From an uncultured Actinomycetota bacterium (GTDB lineage: Bacteria; Actinomycetota; Actinomycetes; Mycobacteriales; Mycobacteriaceae), in NCBI GenBank assembly GCA_963813275.1, contig CAWEYH010000010.1, positions 127,530-191,529 on the forward strand: a stretch of DNA of 64,000 nt, given 5' to 3'. Under the pieces are notes generated by a model, which worked only from the letters and a program-made list of their open reading frames with translations, ran no database searches and was not told the origin of the DNA. Of this stretch, positions 56,325 to 64,000 are shown piece by piece; the first letter of the stretch is position 1, and each line of letters opens with the position of its first letter. The translations under genes and the position numbers were made by a program.

Positions 56325-57445
56325 CTAGTGCCGCGTGTTGGAAGTGACTTTACGGTGTGATTTTGGGACAATGATGTGTGTCTGTTGCTGCTGCCCTTGT
56401 TCTTCGGTCCGGTGATGAGTCGAGGCTAAGTTCGCTGGTGCGTTCCTCGACGGTGGAGGCGGGGTTGGCGCAGCGGGCGCGGATCGTGCTGCTGGCTGCC
56501 CAGGGGGTGCCGAACGCGGAAATCGGTCGCCGGGTGGGGGTTTCGCGTCCGACGGTGATTCAGTGGCGCAACCGGTATGAGGCGGGTGGGATATCGGCGC
56601 TGGGTGATCTGGACCGCTCTGGTCGTCCGCCGGTGATCGACGATGTCGCGGTGGTCGTCGCGACCGTTCAGGCGCCGCCCGAGGCGTTGGGGGTCACGCA
56701 CTGGTCGGCTCGGCTGCTGGGCAAGCATTTGGGTATTTCGTTCGCGTCGGTGGCCCGGATCTGGCGGGAATGGAATCTGCAGCCATGGCGGCGCGAGACG
56801 TTCAAGTTCTCCACCGACCCCGAGTTGGACGCCAAGGTTCGTGATGTGGTCGGCTTGTATTTGAACCCCCCCGACAAGGCGGTGGTGGTCTGTATCGACG
56901 AAAAATCGCAGATCCAGGCGCTGGACCGGACCGCGCCGATCCTACCGATCCGCCCCGGGCTGCCCGAGAAAGCCACCCACGACTACGTGCGCCACGGCAC
57001 TACCACCTTGTTCGCGGCCCTGGAGGTGGCGACCGGGAAGGTCACCGACGCCTGCCACCCGCGCCACACTCACGCCGAGTTCCTGGCGTTCCTCAAACAG
57101 GTCGCCAAGGCCTATCCGCGGGTGCCGCTGCACGTCGTGGCCGACAACTACGCCACCCACAAACACCCGACCGTTCAAGCCTGGCTGGCCAAGCACCCGC
57201 GAGTGCGGATGCATTTCACCCCGACCTCCGGATCGTGGCTGAACCTGGTCGAAGTGTTCTTCGGAATCATCACCCGCCAGGCGATCCGGCGCGGCACGTT
57301 CACCTCGGTCAAGGACCTCATCGCCGCCATCGAAACCTTCATCGACGCCTGGAACGACCGCTGCCAACCCTTCGTGTGGACCAAGACCGCCGACGAAATC
57401 CTCACCAAAGCCAACCGTAAAGTCACTTCAAACACGCGACACTAG
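56325..57445 (+). mobile_element. IS630-family element with intact transposase (56378-57445)
   Basis: About 30-bp IRs TAGTGCCGCGTGTTGGAAGTGACTTTACGGT / rc TAGTGTCGCGTGTTTGAAGTGACTTTACGGT, CTAG at both ends; DEKS, DNYATH, SWLNLVE catalytic motifs. Confidence 0.95.
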
Positions 57446-57799
57446 CTCTTAACGAACGACAGACGGAGTCCGGGACGGCCCAGCCACCACCGAGCAGAAG
57501 TTGCGCGGAATGCCAACGCGACCGCCAGCGGCGATCCCACACCGAAGCCGGCGCCCTTGGCGGGATCGCCGTCGGCCAGGTCGATGACGATCTGCGAGCA
57601 GCTCGGTCGCCACCCCGGTCATGGCGATAGCCAACGAAACGCTGTCCGCGGCTGCGCCGCACAATTCCCGCAGCTCCCGCGGAAACGTCCCCGGTTTTCA
57701 CCGTCTGCTCGCCCAAACCCGACGGTGGCGCACAGCATCGTGCGGGGGGCGATACGCATCGACAACTGGCGGGGTTCGCGATTCAGTACGGGGTGTTTC

Positions 57800-58263
57800 G
57801 GCCGATGACGCCGCGGTGCGCACGAGCGTGGAGGCGTTGCGGGCTCCGGGATTCAGCAACCGGATCGCCCCCCGTTGGCCGGTACACGCTTGGTGCTGCG
57901 CTGCTGAGTCGGGGCACCGCGGCCGAGCGTGGTCGCGGGCTTGAGTTGATGGTGCAAGTCCGCGAGGTCGTGCGCCCGCGTGGTCGCTTCCTCGTGCCGG
58001 TCGTCGATTTGTGGGTCGCCCCGGTTAGTGCTAGCGCGCGGCGGCCGCGATGCTGGCATATCTGTGATGCGTCAAGCGGTGAACGAGCTGCACCAATAAG
58101 GACAGCTTTTCTATGGCGGTTGGGGCAGCGGGTTCTGGCGCCGACACTGCTGGCCCGTGCCCGCGCCACGAGACCGCGTACGGCGATTATCGGAGATGGT
58201 CCGCACGTGGCGAAATCGCTGAAGTTTGATGGACACATAGCCCGGGTCGACGCGATGTCGTGA
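57800..58263 (+). pseudogene. decayed C-terminal fragment of a cyclase/ATPase-type protein
   Basis: YTLGAALLSRG.AAERGRGLELMVQ...VPVVDLW resembles tails of mycobacterial cyclase-AAA proteins; no start, broken frame. Confidence 0.4.
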
Positions 58264-58499
58264 CCGCGGCTGCTCCCTCGTGGGTGGTGACGTTTTTGTT
58301 CACCGATGTCGAGAGCTCGACCAGTCGGTGGGAGGCAGACGCCGAGGGGATGAGGTCTGCGCTGGCTGCGCATGACGAGGTGTTGCGCTCGGCGATCGAG
58401 ACGCACGGCGGCTTTCTGTTGAAGCGCACCGGCGACGGTATCTGTGTGGCGTTCAACTCGCCCGAGTACGTAGTCGATGCCGCCGTGGCGCTTAAGTAG
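58260..58499 (+). pseudogene. truncated class III adenylate/guanylate cyclase
   Basis: VTFLFTDVESST...HDEVLR...TGDGICVAF, stops after 79 aa. Confidence 0.8.
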
Positions 58500-58590
58500 A
58501 ACCAAGCCGAGATCGGGCGAGATTGCAGTGGCGCGCTACTGCGCTCGTCGCACCACAGGGCAACCACGATTTCCACTGTGGAGCGAAACA
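58491..58590 (+). promoter_or_regulatory. conserved promoter element, copy 1 (upstream of dxs)
   Basis: AGTAG at 58495, palindrome CAGTGGCGCGCTACTG at 58526-58541, CACGAT at 58565. Confidence 0.75.
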
Positions 58591-58636
58591 TCTGACCCGG
58601 TGGCCGTCGTTTCGCCAGGACATCGCGGAAGGGACG

Positions 58637-60621
58637 ATGATGGGTGGGGCAAGCACATCGGTCGCGTCCGTCGGCCTCAGCGCTGACCGACCTTCGCTGA
58701 CCGGTCCATCCGATCACTTGGCGGTCCTGGGCCGGATCCGGGGTCCGCGTGACTTGCAGGGATTGTCGCGCGATGAGCTGACAAGACTCGCAGATGCGAT
58801 CAGAGCATTCCTCATCGAAAAGGTGTCGGTGTCAGGAGGGACACCTCGGTCCTAACCTTGGTGTGGTCGAGCTGACCATGGCGCTTCATCGGGTATTCGA
58901 ATCACCGCGCGATGCTTTGATTTTCGACACCGGTCATCAGGCCTACCCGCATAAGCTTCTGACGGGTCGCCAAGATGACTTCGACCACTTGCGAGCCTCC
59001 GGCGGCCTGTCGGGGTATCCGTCGCGCGCAGAAAGCGAGCACGACTGGGTCGAGTCTTCGCATGCGTCGGCGGCGCTTTCCTACGCGGACGGGTTGGCAA
59101 AGGCATTCGAATTGACCGGCAGTAAAGATCGCTGCGTGGTCGCGATCGTTGGTGACGGCGCCCTCACCGGTGGAATGTGCTGGGAGGCGATGAACAACAT
59201 CGCTGCCGGCAAGAGCCGTCGCGTCATTGTCGTGGTCAACGACAACGGCAGGTCTTATGCACCGACGATCGGTGGCCTTGCCGAGCGTCTGACCAGCCTG
59301 CGGACGCGTCCGAGGTATGAGCGGCTCCTGGCCGTCAGTGAAAAGGGAACTGACCGGGCTGCCGATGCTCGGACGTCCCACCTATTCGGTACTGCACGCG
59401 GCAAAGAAAGGATTGAAGGATGCATTGAGTCCGCAGACGTTATTCGGAGATTTGGGCATTAAGTATCTCGGCCCGATCGACGGACACGATATTTTCGCGC
59501 TCGAGAAGGCCCTACGGATGGCAAAGGGCGTGGGTGGCCCGGTTATCGTCCACACGGTTACCCGCAAGGGAATGGGATACCGCCCAGCGGAGGAAGATCC
59601 GGCTGATCGCATGCATGCATGCGGACCGATCGATCCTCGAACCGGCAAACCGAAGGCCAACACCGATGTTAGGCAATGGACAGACGTCTTTGCCAGTGAG
59701 CTGCTCCGATGGGGCAGCCGCCGCGACGACCTCGTCGCAATCACCGCCGCCATGCCGGGGCCGACCGGTCTGGCGGCGTTCGGAAAGCGGTTTCCCAACC
59801 GGATGTTCGATGTAGGGATCGCTGAACAACACGCTGTTACATCCGCTGCGGGGCTCGCCCTCGGCGGCATGCATCCGGTGGTCGCCATCTATTCCACGTT
59901 CCTCAATCGGGCCTTCGACCAGGTAATGATGGATGTCGCACTATTGAAACTGCCGGTGACATTAGTTCTCGACCGTGCAGGCATCACCGGGCCCGATGGC
60001 GCCAGCCACAACGGCGTGTGGGACTTGTCACTGCTGGGCATGGTGCCTGGCATGCGAGTCGCCGCCCCACGGGATGCTTCCTCGCTCCGTGAACAGCTCG
60101 GCGAGGCGCTCGAAGTCGATGACGGCCCTACCGCGATCCGGTTCCCGAAGGGATCAGTGGGCGCCGATATAAAAGCCGTAGAACGAATCGAGGGCGTGGA
60201 TATGCTCTGCCGCCCGCATGATCCGGATGTTCTGCTGGTCGCGGTCGGGCCGCTCGCGACAATCGCGTTGACGGCGGCTGCGACACTCGGGGAGCGTGGC
60301 GTGGCCGTCGCGGTAGTGGATCCTCGGTGGGTGCTGCCGGTGCCCGAGCAAGTGGTGAAGTTTGCCGGCAAGGTGCGGCTCGTGGTGACTCTGGAAGAGT
60401 CGGGGCTACACGGCGGGGTTGGGTCGGCCGTGGCGGCCCGGATGCGCGAGGCGCGGATCGACACACCGGTGCGCAGTGTCGGTGTGCCGCAACGATTCCT
60501 CGCTCATGCCGCGCGTAGCGCGATTCACGCCGACCTCGGCCTCGCGGCCGCCGACCTGGTCACCAACATTAGTTTCTGGGTTAAGCGGGCGGCTGACTTC
60601 GAGGCGGACCGGGGCGAATGA
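58637..60621 (+). CDS. dxs: 1-deoxy-D-xylulose-5-phosphate synthase (frameshifts near 58840 and 59340)
   Basis: [63 protein letters not shown]. Confidence 0.93.
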
Positions 60622-60693
60622 CAATGTGCAGCAGAGGATTTGCAGTGGGCGAGGGACCGATGCTGTAGCACACGGCGCCTGACTTGAGCGTCA

Positions 60694-62107
60694 TCAAATA
60701 GGGCACGATAACGTCGGGTTCCCCTTCCGCATGAGGTCGAGCTTGAGCGCCCGGCGGCTGAATCCTGGTCGTTCGGACGAGGCGGTGGGCGCCGTCGAGT
60801 TAAGCCGGGTCGAATTAGTGGTCATGGGTTTGCTCCCTAGACAGCGGGCGAGGGCGGTGAGCTGGAATTGCGTTGCGAGGGCCCGCATAGCGTCGGCGTC
60901 GCAGGGTCGCAGCCGTTCCAGGGCGCCGAAGGCTAGATGGTCGGCGATCATCATGCGGCGCACTTGGAACTCGGGCAGTTCGCCGGTCAGCGGTTCTCCC
61001 GGCAGGGCTTCGACGAGCGCAAAGGTAGCGCCGACGATGAGCGGGCCCACCGAGGGCGGCATCGAGCGCGGATCACCAAGGGCAAGGAGGTCGGCCGCGC
61101 CCGATCGGGCAGCAGGGCTAGCCTTCACCGAGGGGTGGGGCGACGCATCTAACAGACGGTGGATCGCCCCATCGACGGAACAGCGCACTCGCTTCAGCAT
61201 CGTGGTCCAATGAGCAGTTGAGACGGAGGCCAGCACTGCCGCGGCCAGCCGCACCGGTCGCCGGTAGGGTGCGGGCGCTCCGACGGCCGCGCACAAGAAC
61301 GCGGTCGTCGTAATGGTCATATAGGCCATCGCCACCCGGGCGCCGCGACTGTGGATGCACGGGCCGAGCCGGGCCAGCAGGGCGAAGCTGCCCAGCGCGG
61401 GGGCCAGCACGCGTTGCATTACCGCCCGGGTCAGTTCCTCGCGGTCGCAGGCGCCGTACAGCACCAGTTCGCCGTCCCGCAAGTCGTTGGCCAACTGGGC
61501 AGTGACGCCGATGCATCCGGCCAGCTCGCTTAAATCGGCCTCGGCGCAGGCATCTTCGGCGACCAGTGAGCATACGTATAGCATCACCCGTCCGAGCACG
61601 CCCTCGCCGTAGGCGGTCCGCGGCAGCGGGCAATCCAGGTTTAGCGCCATCACCTGGCCGACATCGGCCAACAATCGGCCGATCCGTTTGCGGCCTTCGA
61701 AGGGCAGTTCCGACAGCAGCTCCCGCACGTCGCGGATGCGCTCGGCCAGCACCAGGTCGACCGCTTCGCTGTCGCAGACGGCGATCGCCGGCAGTGGCGG
61801 TGGCGGTGTGTCGGTGTCGCCGTTCAGGTAGTCCACGGCGGTGACGACGGCGCCGGCCGCCAGCGGGCGGGCGCTCAGGTCTTCGTAGGCGTCGAGCACC
61901 CGGCAGGCCAGCAGGGCGGCGGTGGCCTCGGACCGTAGGTCGCGCGGGAAGGAAACCGGCCGCGATGCCGAGGTTTCGGGCCGCCGGGACAATCGCCAGC
62001 CGGGCCAACTCGTCCGGTGACCGGGCCGCCCGCATCGCAGCCAAGTCTGGCGTGCGGTGCAGGTGCCGCAGCCCGTCGGCCAGGGTGCCGAGTCGCCCCC
62101 CGCTCAT
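60694..62107 (-). CDS. divergent squalene/phytoene synthase-like protein (frameshift near 61945; true stop may be near 60837)
   Basis: ARNLGIAAGFLP.DLR...CRVLDAYED (first Asp-rich motif) and QLANDLRD (second motif). Confidence 0.7.
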
Positions 62108-63133
62108 CGGGACACCAGCCGCACCGAGAGTTCGCGCATCTGCTCACGCGCGGGGGAGGGCGGGAATGCATTGATCGCCCGGCAGGCCGTCTGGGCGGCG
62201 CGGACGGCGACGGCACGGGCAGCTCGGGTGGCCCCGCTGCGCACCAGGTCGGCCTGCAGGTCGGCACTGGAAGTCAGCCTGGAGAGCCACATTTCATGGG
62301 ACCCGGGCCGCATGGCCAGCCATTCGATCACCGGCCAGGTCGGCACCCGTCGGTCGAGGTCGCCGGCGGCCTCCTTGCCCAGCGAGGGGCCGCCCTCGAC
62401 GTCGCGGACGTCATCCATGATCTGAAAGGCGAGGGCGAGTTGGTCTGCGTATCGCATCAGGGCGCACAGCTGATTGTGGTCGAGGCCGCCCGCCGTGCCG
62501 CCGTACGAGCAGGCCAGCCGGAACAGCGTGCCAGTCTTCGCCCCGGCCACGAGTTCGTAGTGCCTGCGCATGGCGGCGTCGTCGACGGCAGGTGGCAGGG
62601 TCTCGATGAGCTGCCCGAAAGACAGGTCCGAGATGCGGTCGAGGTAGGTGACGCCGGGGGCCTCACCGAGCCGCGCGAACACCGCCGGGTTGTCGGCCAG
62701 CACTCGTGCGAGTACCTGTAAAGCCGTTGCCGACCAGATGAAATCCCGCCCGGGCGGCGGTGCGGACGCCGAACGCGGCCGGTACTGACGGCGCATCGCG
62801 CCGCAAGAGCGATCCGTCGCAGATGTCGTCGTGAACGAGCGACGCTTCGTGGATCATCTCGATCGCGCACGCCACATCGACGGCGCCGCGCAGCGGCACC
62901 GCGGCAGCCGAGGGCAGCAGACGGGCACAGGCCAGCACCATCGCGGATCGGACCCGTTTACCGGGGACGGCAAGGATGTGACGGTAGATTGCATCGAAAC
63001 CGCCACCGCTAATAAGGATTTCGCGCAACCGATCGCCGACCAGGGGCAACTGATCGGATGGGCTGGTCAGCGAAGGGTGGTCGACGCTGAGGCCGTCGGA
63101 TGCGACCAATATGCTTGCCTCAACCATCATCAT
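62104..63133 (-). CDS. trans-polyprenyl diphosphate synthase (frameshift near 62740)
   Basis: GKRVR, ASLVHDDICD..LRR (FARM), AKTG, FQIMDDVRD (SARM). Confidence 0.88.
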
Positions 63134-63175
63134 TCCTTCTGCGATGTCCTCGAAACACGGCCACCGGATCCGGCG

Positions 63176-63273
63176 TTTCGTTTCACCACAGAAATCGTCG
63201 CTGCCGTGTGGTGCAAGGAGCGCAGTAGTGCGCCACTGCTATCTCGCCCGATTTCGGCGCGGTACTACTTAAG
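63176..63273 (-). promoter_or_regulatory. conserved promoter element, copy 2 (upstream of polyprenyl synthase)
   Basis: Reverse complement aligns with 58491-58590 over about 100 nt. Confidence 0.75.
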
Positions 63274-63620
63274 CCCGATCTTGAGCGACCGGTCGCCGAC
63301 GCCGACAAGCCGGCTCTACTGATCCGCCAAATCCGTACGCGGGACGTCGTCCTTACGCATCCGTTCCCCACGGGCCTGCTGTCCAACGATCGACATGGAG
63401 TCGTCGTTCATCCGCTCGCCGTCGTGACGATTCATGCAGATCGCGTGCAGCTCCGCGAGCCCGTAGATCTGTACTTCGGCGACTTCAAGAACAGCGTCCC
63501 GCCCGCCAGCAGCGTGGGCAGCGCCAGGGTTTCCGATCCGTGGGCGCGGCTCAGCGGCACAACGCAGAGCGTGCGATCTACCGCCGGCAGCCCGAGCAAA
63601 ACAGCTCAATCCTGCGACTG

Positions 63621-63696
63621 AGTAGTACCGCGCCGAGACGAGCGTCGATTGCAGTAGGGCTCTACTGAGAGCCACCCCCCGAATTCGAGTGACGAT
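63621..63696 (+). promoter_or_regulatory. conserved promoter element, copy 3 (upstream of AfsA-like gene)
   Basis: AGTAGTACCGCGCCGAGA...CAGTAGGGCTCTACTG...GACGAT with the same spacing as copies 1 and 2. Confidence 0.72.
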
Positions 63697-63758
63697 CCCT
63701 ATTGCAGTGGTCCTTTGCGTCGGATCGGAGACGGCGCAAACGAGCGGAGGAGGCAACG

Positions 63759-64000
63759 ATGCATGCACTTGCACCGAGTACGCCTCGGGTGATTTCCGGA
63801 CGCACGATTGACACCCTGGACTTGGCGCCAAGCGGAGGCGTTTCTCGCGGGTTTATCCGCGTGGATCTTCAAGACCCTGTGTTCTTCGACCATCCGCTCG
63901 ATCACGTGCCGGGAATGCTGCTGGTGGTGGCTGGTCTTGAATTGGCTGAGCACGCAGCGATGCTGCGGCCGGCCAATGTGAGCTTCCGTCTCACCTTCAC
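63759..64000 (+). CDS. AfsA-related hotdog-domain protein, runs off the window (not in ORF track)
   Basis: GGAGGAGG RBS, ATG 63759; MHALAPSTPRVISGR...VDLQDPVFFDHPLDHVPGMLLVVAG matches the AfsA-family FFDH.xDHVPGMLL motif. Confidence 0.75.
   Translation, partial: MHALAPSTPRVISGRTIDTLDLAPSGGVSRGFIRVDLQDPVFFDHPLDHVPGMLLVVAGLELAEHAAMLRPANVSFRLTF

Overview
GC-rich actinobacterial DNA whose gene order (purS-purQ, encapsulin/DyP, purL, purF, purM, sulfurtransferase, lmeA, glnR, mshD, pst, phoU, LCP, dusB, desA1, tRNA-Lys site) matches the mycobacterial core region around M. tuberculosis Rv0787-Rv0826, most like a rapid grower (Mycolicibacterium). Two accessory blocks interrupt it. (1) About 27.8-41.7 kb is a combined arsenic-resistance and phosphate-uptake island. 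It has two ArsR regulators, ArsI/CadI, Acr3, three mechanistically different ArsC-fold proteins, an extra PstS inside an ars operon, pstSCAB, an atypical response regulator, a truncated arsA and a second pstB. (2) From about 56.2 kb to the window end is an element integrated at tRNA-Lys(TTT), with the att remnant at 56139-56182. It carries IS630, decayed cyclase genes and an isoprenoid cluster: dxs, a polyprenyl synthase, a divergent squalene/phytoene-synthase-like enzyme and an AfsA-type hotdog protein missed by the ORF track. The three transcription units of this cluster share one conserved promoter architecture. Many single-base frameshifts fall in housekeeping genes (purF, purM, dusB, ygfZ, dyp) and most likely reflect sequencing or assembly error. 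All annotations come from recognising motifs by eye; no database search was run.
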